From Polyangiales bacterium (lineage in GTDB: Bacteria > Myxococcota_A > Polyangia > Polyangiales > Polyangiaceae), in the NCBI GenBank assembly GCA_038231275.1, contig JBBRLQ010000006.1, positions 96,001 to 160,000 of the forward strand: a stretch of DNA of 64,000 bases, written 5' to 3'. Below the pieces are notes generated by a model, which had not been told where the DNA came from, made no database searches, and was given only the letters and a program-made list of their open reading frames with translations. Shown here in pieces: positions 19,823 to 29,529 of the stretch (positions are counted from its first letter, which is position 1; every line of letters begins with the position of its first letter). The translations under genes were made by a program, and so were the position numbers.

Positions 19823-20002
19823 GGGAGGCAAATATCCTTTCGAGTTTCGAAGACGCGCGCGAGCACCCCCGCGCGCGTCGGGCCGATCAGCACGACGCAT
19901 GCCACCTCCGCGCACCTGCCAACTCCGCGACGCGCCGCGCGAAGCGGCGTCGTGTGAGAGCGTTCCGATCACAGCCGGGCGATCGCGTCGATCACACGGG
20001 GC

Positions 20003-20456
20003 TCATTTTCCCGCGAGTACCTCGAGCCAGCGCGTCGCCATGAAGCGATGGTACGGCTCGGTCATGTGGATGCCGTCGAGGCAGTCGAAGCGCGCGCGGT
20101 CGGGCGCGGCGGCGATCCGCTCGCTGACGGCGATGACGCGCGCGTGGTGGGCTTCGGCGATCGCGCGTACGCGGGGAGACGCACGGGCGCATCGATCTCC
20201 GCCTCTCCCGCGAGGTCGCGTGTCCCCCAGCAAACGGCGTCGCCCTTGCCGGTCTTGCGCGCGAGCTGGGCGAGGTGCGCGCGCACGCGTTCGTGCACGC
20301 GTCGACGAGGGCAAGACGACGATCATCGCGCGGCGCGGGAGCGAGAGCAGGAACAGGAGCCGGAACAGGCGTCGTCGAAGACGGAGCGGCGCGACACCCC
20401 GCGACGGCGATCACGACGATCGAGAGGATCGCGGCGAGGATCGCGCGCGGGCGCAC
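20003..20456 (-). pseudogene. Probable degraded lipoprotein gene with SGNH-like C-terminus, coding signal split over three frames
   Basis: Frame 1 lipoprotein leader (VAGC); frame 2 HLAQLARKTGKGDAVCWG; frame 3 RAIAEAHHARVI...LDGIHMTEPYHRFMA. Confidence 0.5.
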
Positions 20457-20457
20457 T

Positions 20458-21831
20458 TCAGCGCCAGAGCCAGACTTCGCCGCCGACGACCGCCGCGACC
20501 GAGGGAATGCCGCGCGTCTCCGGCGGGCACACGGCGAGCGCGCGAACGCCGTTCGGCGCAGGGAGGCGCGCGCGCGGCCGCAGTCCCTGCGGCGCCCACG
20601 ACGAAATCAGGAGCGCGTCGTCACCCGCGTCGCTCGTGGTGACGATCTCGGGGACGCCGTCGAGATCGAGATCGCCGACCGCGATCTGCGCGCCTGCGCC
20701 CTCCACCGAGAGCGACTGGTCCCCAAAGCGGATCCGCAACTTTCCACCTGGCTCGCGGTCGACCCAGATCGGCTTCACCGATCCGTCGCGCTGCACGATC
20801 TCGGCGCTCGCGAACGCGTCGAACTTCCTGCCGGGAGGCGACGCGAGCACCGCCGGACGCGCGTCTTGGGCGGCGCACGCCGTGACGTCCCCTTCGAAAA
20901 TTTGCGACTCGGGACTGGCGTGCGCGCACCCGCCGTCCTTCGCGAGCGGCACCGGCACGCCGACGAGCGACGCGGCCGGCGCCAGGTTCTGATCGAGCTG
21001 CACGCCGCCGCGGTCGGTGATGCCCACGAGCAGCGCGCCCGGCCCACGAATGACTGCCCCCGCCAGCGGCTCCCGCAGCGGCACGCCCACGCGCGGAGAG
21101 AGCGCGGACCACGGCGCGGCGCGACCGAGCGCGAGCTTGCCGGCCTTCAGGTGCCCGAGCACCACGCGCGCGCGCGACACGAACGCGAGCTCCATCCCGC
21201 CGTCGCCGTCGAGATCCCCGCAGCCGAGCGCGAGCACCTCGCCCTCGTCGTGCTTGGCTCTGTGGAGGCTCGCCTGCTCGAGGAGGATCGGCGTCAAGAA
21301 CGCGCGCACCTCCGCGTCGATCGCCCCCGACGCGAACGCGTGCGCGAGCGGCGCAGGCGCGGCGATGCGCACGCGGTCCCACGCGTTCGCCATCGACGGG
21401 TACAGATCGGCGGTGACGCGCACCTCCCCTTTCGCGACCTCGACCTGCAGGAACACCAGCGCGCCGGCTTTTCCTGCCGTCGCTCGCGCCGCGGCGAGCG
21501 GCTCCGCCTTGCCATGTGGCCGCGCGGTCCCGCCGATTTTTCCGGCCACGAGTTGCGCGACGCGCACGCTCAGCTCGTCCCCCTTGGGCGAGGGTTGATC
21601 GCTCGCGAGCGGCGACGCGATCACCACCGCCGACGCCGGCACCGCACCGAGACCCTTCACCACCTCCGGCGCGATCGTCGCGAGCGCGCTGGCCGCTGAG
21701 GCGCGCGTCGTCGCCGTCGCTCCCGTCACGATCACGGCAAGCGCGCAAACGAGCCGAATCCGCGCGCGTACGCCGCCCGCGTCACTGCGGCGTGGTGGTG
21801 CTGCTGCTACTACTGTCCTCGGTTCCAGCAT
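20458..21831 (-). CDS. Secreted FG-GAP/VCBS-repeat protein; true start uncertain (probably near 21770)
   Basis: GDLDGDGGMEL and GDLDLDGVPEI Ca-binding repeats, signal-like hydrophobic segment. Confidence 0.7.
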   Translation of the reverse strand: MLEPRTVVAAAPPRRSDAGGVRARIRLVCALAVIVTGATATTRASAASALATIAPEVVKGLGAVPASAVVIASPLASDQPSPKGDELSVRVAQLVAGKIGGTARPHGKAEPLAAARATAGKAGALVFLQVEVAKGEVRVTADLYPSMANAWDRVRIAAPAPLAHAFASGAIDAEVRAFLTPILLEQASLHRAKHDEGEVLALGCGDLDGDGGMELAFVSRARVVLGHLKAGKLALGRAAPWSALSPRVGVPLREPLAGAVIRGPGALLVGITDRGGVQLDQNLAPAASLVGVPVPLAKDGGCAHASPESQIFEGDVTACAAQDARPAVLASPPGRKFDAFASAEIVQRDGSVKPIWVDREPGGKLRIRFGDQSLSVEGAGAQIAVGDLDLDGVPEIVTTSDAGDDALLISSWAPQGLRPRARLPAPNGVRALAVCPPETRGIPSVAAVVGGEVWLWR

Positions 21832-24310
21832 CCGGTACGTAGGGCTCGCTCACGTCCGTCGGCTCGGTGCCTGCGAGGAAGACCTCGTCGATGGCGTCCG
21901 GGTCGTCGGGATAGGCGAGCTTGCCCGAGTGCTTGTCGATGCTAACCGTGACGACCCCCGCCGCGCGCGGGAATTCGCTCGGCGGCTTGTGCTCGTGAGC
22001 GGCGCGCATGAAGCTGATCCAGGCCGGGAGCGCAGTTCCACCGCCGGTCTCCGCGCCACCCAGGGGCCGTCCGTCGTCGTAGCCGACCCATGTGCACGCC
22101 GCGGTCTCCGTGGAGTACCCGGCGAACCACGTGTCCTTCGACTGGTTGCTGGTGCCGGTCTTGCCGGCGAGCGGCCGTTTCAGCTCCTTGGCCTTTGCGC
22201 CGGTCCCGTGGTCGACGACGCTCGTGAGCATGCTCGTGACGACGTACGCCTCCGCCTCGTCCATCACGCGGTGCGGCGGCGCGAGCGGCTTCAGGTCGAC
22301 GTCCTTGCCGTCGGGACCGACGATCCGCGTGATGACGCGCGGCGGCTCGTACATGCCGCCGGCCGCGAAGGTCGAGTACGCGGCGCAGAGATCCATCGGC
22401 GACACCTCGTAGCTGCCGAGCGCGAGCGAGAGATCCGGCTTGAGCTGCGACGTGATGCCGAGCGACTGCGCCCACGGCACGACGTTCCCGGGCCCCACGT
22501 CGTCGAGCACCCGCACGGCGACGACGTTGACGGAGTTGGCGAGCGCCTCGCGGAGCCGGAGGGGATCGTGCCCGGTCCATCCTTCGTAGTTGCTCGGCTT
22601 GTATCCGCCGGCGAACGTCTCGGGGTTCACGTCGACGAGCGTGGCCGGAGTGTAGCGGCGCGAGTGGATCGCGTACGAGTACACGATCGGCTTGAACGTG
22701 GACCCTGGTTGGCGCCGCGAGCTCGTCGCGCGATCGAGGCCCCCCGGGGCGGCCTCGTAGTTGCCGACCAAGGCGAGGATCTGACGCGTGCGCACATCGA
22801 CGGCGACGAACGCGCCTTCGGGGCCCGACTCGAGGCGCAGCGGCGTTTTGGAAACGGGCGCGCCTGCGTCGCCGCCGAACGACGCGCCGGTGTTGGGCGG
22901 CGGCGCGAGGAGACTCACGCGAACGTGCGCGCCCGTGGGTGCGAACGCGCTCGGCGCGAGCTTGTCGGGATTGTATCGCTGGTAGTCCGTGACGCGGACG
23001 CTGCCGAGGAGTGTTCCGACGCGCACGTCGAACGTCCCGTCTACGTCGTTCGCGCCGACGACCGTGCCCACAAGCACCTTGTGCTGCTCGAACGCCGGCG
23101 TCCCTTCGAAGGGCGGCCCGAATTGCGGCGGGGCCGGCCGCGGCGCCTTGCCCTTCCCGCTGCTCGCGATCGCCGGTGACTTCAAGGGTCCCGAGAGGCC
23201 GTGACGCTTGTCGTACGCGGCGAGATTGTCCCGCACGGCCTTGCGCGCGGCCGCCTGGAGGCGCGGATCGATCGTCGTCGTGATCGTGAACCCGCCACGC
23301 GCCGCGCGCGCCGGCTCGAGATCGTGCAGCATCTTGCGCGCGATCTCGACCGCCTCCGGCGCGAGCTCGTTCGACGCCTCGTTGCCGAGCGACAGACGCA
23401 CCGGCTCGTCCTTCGCCGCGTCATACTGCGCGTCGTTCAGGAACGCCTTCTCGTGCATCTGCCCGAGCACGAACGCGCGACGCGCGAGGGCGCGCTTGAG
23501 ATCGCGGCGCGGCGAATAGATCTCCGGTCCCGCCGGCAGGCCCGCGAGCATCGCCGCCTCCGCGATCGTGAGCTCCTTCGCGCTCTTGCCGAACGTGCCG
23601 CGCGCCGCCTCTTCGATCCCGTAGCGGCCGTGCCCGAAGTAGATGTGGTTCAAATAGAGCTCGAGGATCTCGTCCTTCGACAGCTCTTGCTCGAGGCGCC
23701 GCGCCAGGAGCGCTTCGCGGATCTTCCTCCTGTACGTGCGCTCGGGATCGAGGAGCAGGTTCTTCACGACCTGCTGCGTGATCGTCGAGCCCCCTTGCCG
23801 CGTGCGACGCGCGCGCATGTTCACGACGAGCGCGCGGAGGATGCCCCAGTAGTTGAGCCCCTCGTGCTCGTAGAAGCCCGCGTCCTCGGCGGCCAGCACC
23901 GCGAGCTTCACGTGCGCCGGCAGATCTTTCACGGCCACGACGGTGCGGCGCTCGGTGAAGAGCTCGGCGAGGAGCGTCCCGTCGCGCGCGAGCACGCGCG
24001 TCGTCTGGGACGGGTGATAGCTCGCGCGCAGATCGGCGACGCTCGGGAGATCGGCCTCGTAGTGCTTGATGACCGCGAGGACCGTCACCGTCGAGATCAG
24101 CGCGAGGACGAACACGGCGATCGCGAGGCGCCTCGACCACTTGATCGCGGCCGCGCGGAAGCGCAGCCATCGGGCGCGGCGCGTGCTCGGCGCCTTCGGC
24201 GTGCCCCCTTCGAGCGTGGCCTTGGCCGTCGACTTCGGCTTCTCCTTCGGAGGCGGCTTGGGGTCGTCGTTCGCCATGCTCTTCTTGGGAGGAACGCTCG
24301 AGCTCGCCAC
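21782..24310 (-). CDS. Class A penicillin-binding protein (PBP1A family)
   Basis: AAEDAGFYEH, QGGSTITQQ, RKIRE, YLNHIYFG transglycosylase motifs; GSTFK, SVN, KTG transpeptidase motifs. Confidence 0.96.
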   Translation of the reverse strand: MASSSVPPKKSMANDDPKPPPKEKPKSTAKATLEGGTPKAPSTRRARWLRFRAAAIKWSRRLAIAVFVLALISTVTVLAVIKHYEADLPSVADLRASYHPSQTTRVLARDGTLLAELFTERRTVVAVKDLPAHVKLAVLAAEDAGFYEHEGLNYWGILRALVVNMRARRTRQGGSTITQQVVKNLLLDPERTYRRKIREALLARRLEQELSKDEILELYLNHIYFGHGRYGIEEAARGTFGKSAKELTIAEAAMLAGLPAGPEIYSPRRDLKRALARRAFVLGQMHEKAFLNDAQYDAAKDEPVRLSLGNEASNELAPEAVEIARKMLHDLEPARAARGGFTITTTIDPRLQAAARKAVRDNLAAYDKRHGLSGPLKSPAIASSGKGKAPRPAPPQFGPPFEGTPAFEQHKVLVGTVVGANDVDGTFDVRVGTLLGSVRVTDYQRYNPDKLAPSAFAPTGAHVRVSLLAPPPNTGASFGGDAGAPVSKTPLRLESGPEGAFVAVDVRTRQILALVGNYEAAPGGLDRATSSRRQPGSTFKPIVYSYAIHSRRYTPATLVDVNPETFAGGYKPSNYEGWTGHDPLRLREALANSVNVVAVRVLDDVGPGNVVPWAQSLGITSQLKPDLSLALGSYEVSPMDLCAAYSTFAAGGMYEPPRVITRIVGPDGKDVDLKPLAPPHRVMDEAEAYVVTSMLTSVVDHGTGAKAKELKRPLAGKTGTSNQSKDTWFAGYSTETAACTWVGYDDGRPLGGAETGGGTALPAWISFMRAAHEHKPPSEFPRAAGVVTVSIDKHSGKLAYPDDPDAIDEVFLAGTEPTDVSEPYVPDAGTEDSSSSSTTTPQ

Positions 24311-24329
24311 GGGCTTCCGTGCTCCGTCG

Positions 24330-25475
24330 TCAGCGAACGAGCTTCATGACGATGACCGCGAGCATGGCCCCCACGACCAGGAACGCCAGACCCACGCCGA
24401 GGAGGAGCCCGATCGACGCGCGCGCCGGCACCGCGGCCGCCCGTTGCGGAAGCGGCGACGAGGACGGCGAGCTCTGCGGACTATGCACGGGCGTCGCGGG
24501 CTTCGTCTGGCTCGGCGAGTCGCTGGGCAGGGCCTGCGCGCCCGCCGCGGGCGCCGGCGCAGCGGTCCGTGACATGAGGTGCGGCGGCAGCTCGGTCGCG
24601 CCGCGGAGCACGTACTGCATCGCCTCGGCGAAATCGGCGGCGGACGCGTACCGCTCCTCGGACTTCTTCGCGAGCGCGCGCGCGATGACGGGCCAGAGGA
24701 GCGGCGGAAACTTCTTCGTCGGCGCGCGATCCTGGAGGGTGATCGGCGGCACCGTCACGTGCAGCTGGATGTACTCCATCGCCGTCTTCGCCTCGAACGG
24801 AAGCTTGCCGGTCAGGACCTCGTACAAGATGACGGCGAGCGAATAAATGTCGCTGCCGGCGTCCAGCGTCTTTCCCTGCGCTTGCTCGGGGCTCATGAAC
24901 TCGGGCGTCCCGAAGACCATGCCCTCCTGCGTGAGGATGAGCGACCCCGGCCGCATCTCGCGCTCGGTCACCTTCGCGAGGCCGAAGTCGAGCACCTTCG
25001 CGAAGTCCTTCATCCCGCCTTGAACGCAGAGGAAGATGTTCTCGGGCTTCAAGTCGCGGTGGATGATGCCCTGCTTGTGCGCCTCGTCGAGCGCGCCGCA
25101 CGCCTGGATCAAGATCGGCAGGGCCCGCTCCACCGGCAACGGGCCTTCGCTGCGCACCGTCTGGTTCACGTTCTTGCCGTCCAGGTACTCCATGATGATG
25201 TAGAGGGACCCGTCCTCCAGCTCGCCATACAGGAAGACCTTCACCGTGTTCGGGTGGGTCAGGTGGCTCATCGCGCGCGCCTCGCGGCGGAAGCGGCTGA
25301 CGAGATCTTTCCTGTTGGTGAGCTTCGGGTGGAGGATCTTCACCGCCACCATGCGGTTCATGTCCCGCTGGAGCGCTTTGTAGACGCTCCCCATCCCACC
25401 AGAGCCGATCTTCTGGAGGATCTGGAACTGGCCGTTCAGGATGTCCCGGCCGATGAACGTGTCCTGCGGGCGCAC
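24330..25475 (-). CDS. Ser/Thr protein kinase with C-terminal TM
   Basis: IGSGGMGSVY, VAVK, HRDLKPEN, DFG, GTPEFMSPEQ. Confidence 0.95.
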   Translation of the reverse strand: MRPQDTFIGRDILNGQFQILQKIGSGGMGSVYKALQRDMNRMVAVKILHPKLTNRKDLVSRFRREARAMSHLTHPNTVKVFLYGELEDGSLYIIMEYLDGKNVNQTVRSEGPLPVERALPILIQACGALDEAHKQGIIHRDLKPENIFLCVQGGMKDFAKVLDFGLAKVTEREMRPGSLILTQEGMVFGTPEFMSPEQAQGKTLDAGSDIYSLAVILYEVLTGKLPFEAKTAMEYIQLHVTVPPITLQDRAPTKKFPPLLWPVIARALAKKSEERYASAADFAEAMQYVLRGATELPPHLMSRTAAPAPAAGAQALPSDSPSQTKPATPVHSPQSSPSSSPLPQRAAAVPARASIGLLLGVGLAFLVVGAMLAVIVMKLVR

Positions 25476-25516
25476 GAGGACGTTCGTGATAACACGCTTT
25501 CCACGGAGGTTCGACC

Positions 25517-26203
25517 GTGCCCGACGCGAGCGCCATCTTGACGAGCCCGCTCCTCTCCAAGCATGGCTTCGTGCACGGCTTTTCGCTGCGCGTGGAGGAG
25601 CCAGGAGTCGCGATGCGCGCCCTCGTCGCGCCGCGACAGCTCTTCCAGGCGTACCAGGTGCATGGCGCGGCGGTCGTGCACGCGGGAGGTGACGTGGAGG
25701 CGATGAGGCAGGTGCATGCCGATGCGCTGATCGCGCGCGCGCCGTTTGCCGTTGGCGTGCGCGTCGCCGACTGCGTGCCGGTGCTCGTCGGCGCGCGCGG
25801 CAGTGGGAGCGTCGCGGCGATCCACGCGGGGTGGCGTGGCGTGGTGCTCGGCGTGATACCGGCTGCGCTCGCCGAGCTGCGAAAGGACGGCGAGTCCCGC
25901 CTCGTGGTCGCGATCGGCCCGTGCATTGGACCGTGCTGCTTCGAGGTTGGCCTCGACGTCGCTGAGCGGATCGCGGACGCCTCTCACGGTGCGCCGGTGG
26001 TCGTGCGGCGCGAGGGCGAGAAGGCCTACGTCGATCTCCGAGCGGCGGTCCGCGCGCAACTCTCGGCCGCGGGCGTTGCGGCCGCCGACGTCGACGACGT
26101 CCCCGGGTGCACGAAGTGCGATCCGGCGCGCTTCTTTTCGTTTCGCCGCGACGGGGCGAACGCGGGGCGACACCTCGGCGTCATCGCGGCGCGATCGGTC
26201 TAG
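25517..26203 (+). CDS. pgeF: PgeF/YfiH family (purine nucleoside phosphorylase, laccase domain)
   Basis: QVHG, ADCVPVL, IHAGWRG, IGPCIGPCCFEVG, FFSFRR. Confidence 0.92.
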   Translation: MPDASAILTSPLLSKHGFVHGFSLRVEEPGVAMRALVAPRQLFQAYQVHGAAVVHAGGDVEAMRQVHADALIARAPFAVGVRVADCVPVLVGARGSGSVAAIHAGWRGVVLGVIPAALAELRKDGESRLVVAIGPCIGPCCFEVGLDVAERIADASHGAPVVVRREGEKAYVDLRAAVRAQLSAAGVAAADVDDVPGCTKCDPARFFSFRRDGANAGRHLGVIAARSV

Positions 26204-26973
26204 CCCCGACTCTTCGGGCTCCGTCGCCCCTTTGCTCGCTGCGCGAATCGGAACGCGCGAAGCGTCCGCAGATCGGCGCGCTCGGCCTCGACCATCGCGA
26301 GGTCCGGGCCGCCGGGCGAGCGCTGGAGCACCCATTCGCGCAGCATTTCCCACGCGGCGATGTTCTGCGCCGGGCGTGTGTACATCGCCATGCAGAGATC
26401 CGGCATCGTGCGGATCACGTGCGCGATGGGGTTCATGTAGAGACGCAGGACCAGGCTTCCCGTGAGCGACACGAGCTCGCGCGCCACATCGAGGTCTGCG
26501 GCGGCGATCTTGGCGGGGCCTTGCGCGCGCTCGACTGCGGCCTTTAGCGCGCTCAGAGCGCGATCGAAATAGTCGAACTGCTCCTCGCTCGGAGAGCGGC
26601 GAAGGCGAACGAGCGCAGCGCGAATGAGCTGGCGGCGCACGAGGAGCAGGTCGGCGATTCGCTCGATGCGGAGTGCGTCATCGAGGTTGAAGCTGATGAG
26701 CCGCTCGAGGAACTCCGGGCCCCCTTCCTCCGGGATGGGGAGGACGTAGTAGCCGCTACCTTGGCGCGGGCTGACGAGCTTCAGCCCCTCAAGCTGAGCG
26801 AGCGCGCTCCGCATGGTGGTTCGCGCGACGCCGAATCTTTCGCAGAGCGCACGCTCGCTGGGGATTCGGTCGCTGTGAATTCCACGAAGAATTTCATCGC
26901 GTAAGGTCGTGGCCACGAGCTCCGAGGTGGTGCGGTGGGGGTTGGGGCTGCGGTGGCGGTAGGGGCGCTGCAA
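26200..26973 (-). CDS. GntR/FadR-family transcriptional regulator
   Basis: IPSERALCERFGVARTTMRSALAQL wHTH, RQGSG wing, helical effector domain. Confidence 0.88.
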   Translation of the reverse strand: MQRPYRHRSPNPHRTTSELVATTLRDEILRGIHSDRIPSERALCERFGVARTTMRSALAQLEGLKLVSPRQGSGYYVLPIPEEGGPEFLERLISFNLDDALRIERIADLLLVRRQLIRAALVRLRRSPSEEQFDYFDRALSALKAAVERAQGPAKIAAADLDVARELVSLTGSLVLRLYMNPIAHVIRTMPDLCMAMYTRPAQNIAAWEMLREWVLQRSPGGPDLAMVEAERADLRTLRAFRFAQRAKGRRSPKSRG

Positions 26974-27001
26974 GTTGTATTACAAATTTGTAATACAACT
27001 T
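26972..27001. promoter_or_regulatory. Perfect 30-bp palindrome, probable double GntR operator
   Basis: AAGTTGTATTACAAATTTGTAATACAACTT equals its reverse complement; each half holds TTGTA-N-TACAA; very AT-rich for this genome. Confidence 0.85.
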
Positions 27002-27075
27002 TTGCCAGGATGCACGCCTCGTCCAAACCCCGTGGCCCTCCCCTGCTGGCCGCCATCCGGGTAATGTCTCCACCG

Positions 27076-28521
27076 ATGATGCACGGAGCGCTGGAGGACA
27101 TCACCAAGGCCGTCGGCAACACCCCCATCGTGCGCCTGAACAAGGTGACGAAGGGGCTCGCCGCCAACATCTACGTCAAGTGCGAGTACTTGAACCCCGG
27201 GGGTAGCCACAAAGATCGCCTCGCGTGGAACCTCCTGCGTCGCGCCGAAGAAGGCGGCCTGAAGCCCGGCGGCACGATCGTGGAGGCGACGAGCGGCAAC
27301 ACCGGCGCCTCCCTCGCGCTCCTCGCCGCGGTGCGCGGCTACAAGTGCGTCTTCGTCATGCCGGACAAAATGAGCCAGGAGAAGATCTCGAACCTGCGCG
27401 CGTTCGGCGCGAGGGTCGTGGTCTGCCCGACCGCGGTCGACGCCGACGATCCCCGCAGCTACTACAAGGTCTCGCGTCGCATCGCCGACGAGACCGCGAA
27501 CTCGTTCTACGCGAACCAGTACCACAACCCCGCAAACCCCGAGGCGCACTACCTCTGGACGGGCCCCGAGGTCTGGAAGCAGACCGGCGGCGAGCTCGAC
27601 GCGTTCGTCGCCGGAATGGGCACCGGCGGAACCATAAGCGGCGCCGGCAAGTACCTGAAGGAGAAGAAGCCGGGCGTGCAGCTCGTCGGTGTCGATCCGG
27701 TCGGCTCGCTCTACTACGACTTCGTAAAATCGGGCCGAATCACGCGTCCGTTCTCGTACAAGGTCGAGGGCATCGGCGAAGACTTTTTCCCGTCGACGAT
27801 GAACCTCAAGATCATCGACGAGATCGTCCGCGTCGACGACAAGGAGTGCTTCCTCATGACGCGCGAGCTCACGCGGCAAGAGGGGCTCTTCGTCGGCGGC
27901 TCTGGCGGCGCGGCGGTGGCCGGCGCGATCAAATACGCGCGCGCGCAGAACCGGAAGATGAACATCTTGGTGTTCCTCGCCGACGCCGGGCAGAAGTACG
28001 TGTCGAAGATCTTCAACGACGACTGGATGCGCGAGAACGGCTTCCTCGACGACGAGTCGGGGCTCGGCACCGTGCACGACATCCTCTACGCGAAGGGCAA
28101 GACGAGGAAGATCGTCACCGCGACGCCGCAGTCGAAGGTGAAGGACGTCATCGCGACGCTCAAGTCGCTCGGCATCAGCCAGCTGCCGGTGCTCGACAAG
28201 GGGAAGCTGCGCGGCATCATCGGCGAGGTCGATCTGCTGCGGCACCTCGTCACGGGGCAAAAGAAGCTCGACAGCACGATCGGCGAGCTCGTCGAGGGCG
28301 AGTATGCGACGGTCACGCCGGACACGAAGATCGAGCTGCTTCAAGGCGTCCTCGCGGACGCGAAGGTGGCGATCGCGATGGATGGCGATCAGGTGGTGGG
28401 CATCGTGACGAAGATCGATCTCATCGATTACCTCGCGCGAAAGCCCCACGATCCGCCGCCGGCGAAGAAGCGCGCGGCGAAGAAGGTCACGAACGGCAAG
28501 CGCGCGCGCACGCACGGGTGA
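27076..28521 (+). CDS. Cystathionine beta-synthase (PLP catalytic domain plus CBS pair)
   Basis: KCEYLNPGGSHKDR, EATSGNTG, GMGTGGT, YKVEGIG, C-terminal CBS domains (ISQLPV, GIVTKIDL). Confidence 0.92.
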   Translation: MMHGALEDITKAVGNTPIVRLNKVTKGLAANIYVKCEYLNPGGSHKDRLAWNLLRRAEEGGLKPGGTIVEATSGNTGASLALLAAVRGYKCVFVMPDKMSQEKISNLRAFGARVVVCPTAVDADDPRSYYKVSRRIADETANSFYANQYHNPANPEAHYLWTGPEVWKQTGGELDAFVAGMGTGGTISGAGKYLKEKKPGVQLVGVDPVGSLYYDFVKSGRITRPFSYKVEGIGEDFFPSTMNLKIIDEIVRVDDKECFLMTRELTRQEGLFVGGSGGAAVAGAIKYARAQNRKMNILVFLADAGQKYVSKIFNDDWMRENGFLDDESGLGTVHDILYAKGKTRKIVTATPQSKVKDVIATLKSLGISQLPVLDKGKLRGIIGEVDLLRHLVTGQKKLDSTIGELVEGEYATVTPDTKIELLQGVLADAKVAIAMDGDQVVGIVTKIDLIDYLARKPHDPPPAKKRAAKKVTNGKRARTHG

Positions 28522-29063
28522 TGGTTCATCGGTCGCTCGCGGTCGCGCTTCTACTGGCACTCCCGAGTTGCCCGAAGAAGGACCACGGCCCGACGGCGAG
28601 CGCGACTACGACCGCGACTCCCACTCCGACTCCGACTCCGACGCCGACGCCGACTCCGACTCCGATGCCGACTCCGACTCCGACTCCGACTCCGACTCCG
28701 ACTCCGACTCCGACTCCGACTCCGACCCTTCCCTCCGTTCGCGTGGAGAACATCGGGATGCACGTCGGAGGCGGGCCTTACGACGAGGCAACGAAAGAGC
28801 CGATCAAGAAATCCGTCGCCCCGCATTTCGACGAGCTGAAGCGGTGCTACGCGCTCGTGAGCCCAAAGGTCGCGGGCGAGTTCGGGATCGATCTCTTGCT
28901 CGAGGCGAACGGCGGGCGCGCGAAGACGAGCCATCCGCGGACGCGGCTCAAGGGAGAGGGCTTCGTCGAGTGCATGAACGAGGCGTTCCAGTCGTTCGAC
29001 TTCTTGCCGCTCAAGACCGGGAGGACCACGGTGAGCTACTCGCTGCGTTTCACGCCCCTCTAG
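28521..29063 (+). CDS. Lipoprotein with Pro-Thr linker and TonB-C/AgmX-like C-terminal domain
   Basis: ATG overlaps upstream TGA; lipobox LPSC; (PT)n; ELKRCY...VECM...VSYSLRF. Confidence 0.7.
   Translation: MVHRSLAVALLLALPSCPKKDHGPTASATTTATPTPTPTPTPTPTPTPMPTPTPTPTPTPTPTPTPTPTLPSVRVENIGMHVGGGPYDEATKEPIKKSVAPHFDELKRCYALVSPKVAGEFGIDLLLEANGGRAKTSHPRTRLKGEGFVECMNEAFQSFDFLPLKTGRTTVSYSLRFTPL
28614..28727 (+). repeat. Hexamer tandem repeat (CCGACT)n encoding a Pro-Thr tract
   Basis: About 18 near-perfect CCGACT/CCGACG units. Confidence 0.95.
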
Positions 29064-29081
29064 CTCGGAGGCGGACGCGAG

Positions 29082-29510
29082 TCACTTCGGTTTCACGATG
29101 GTGATGTTGTAGACGCCCTTGCCGGTCGCCACCGTGTCGGCCTCGGCGCTCGAATGAAAGAGGCGGACGTCGACGACACCGACCCGGTTGCCGTGGCGGA
29201 CGACGTGGGCCTCGGCGACGAGCGTCTCGAGGCGCGCGGGGCGGAGGTAATCGATACGCAGATCGATCGTCGAGACGCGGCTGCGATCGTCCTCGATGCC
29301 GCTCCACACCGCCATTCCGCCCGCGGTGTCGGCGAGGGTGCTGAGGACGCCGCCGTGGAGCGCGGGGCGCAGCGGGTCGCCGATCAGCTCCTGACGAAAC
29401 GGGATCTCGAGGCGCGCGAAGCCTTTTCGGATCGCGGTGGCCCTCATCCCGAGGAACTTGTTGAACGGGATGAACTCCTCGACGAGGCGCTTGAGCGAGT
29501 CTTCATCCAT
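29082..29510 (-). CDS. PaaI-family hotdog-fold thioesterase
   Basis: IPFNKFLG, LHGGVLSTLADTAGG, STIDLRIDYLRPA. Confidence 0.92.
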   Translation of the reverse strand: MDEDSLKRLVEEFIPFNKFLGMRATAIRKGFARLEIPFRQELIGDPLRPALHGGVLSTLADTAGGMAVWSGIEDDRSRVSTIDLRIDYLRPARLETLVAEAHVVRHGNRVGVVDVRLFHSSAEADTVATGKGVYNITIVKPK

Positions 29511-29529
29511 GGTGGTGCGCGCGGCGCGG

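Noticed and set aside
28614..28727. Possible CRISPR-like array
   Set aside because: Pure hexamer microsatellite without unique spacers, inside a CDS; no cas genes in the window
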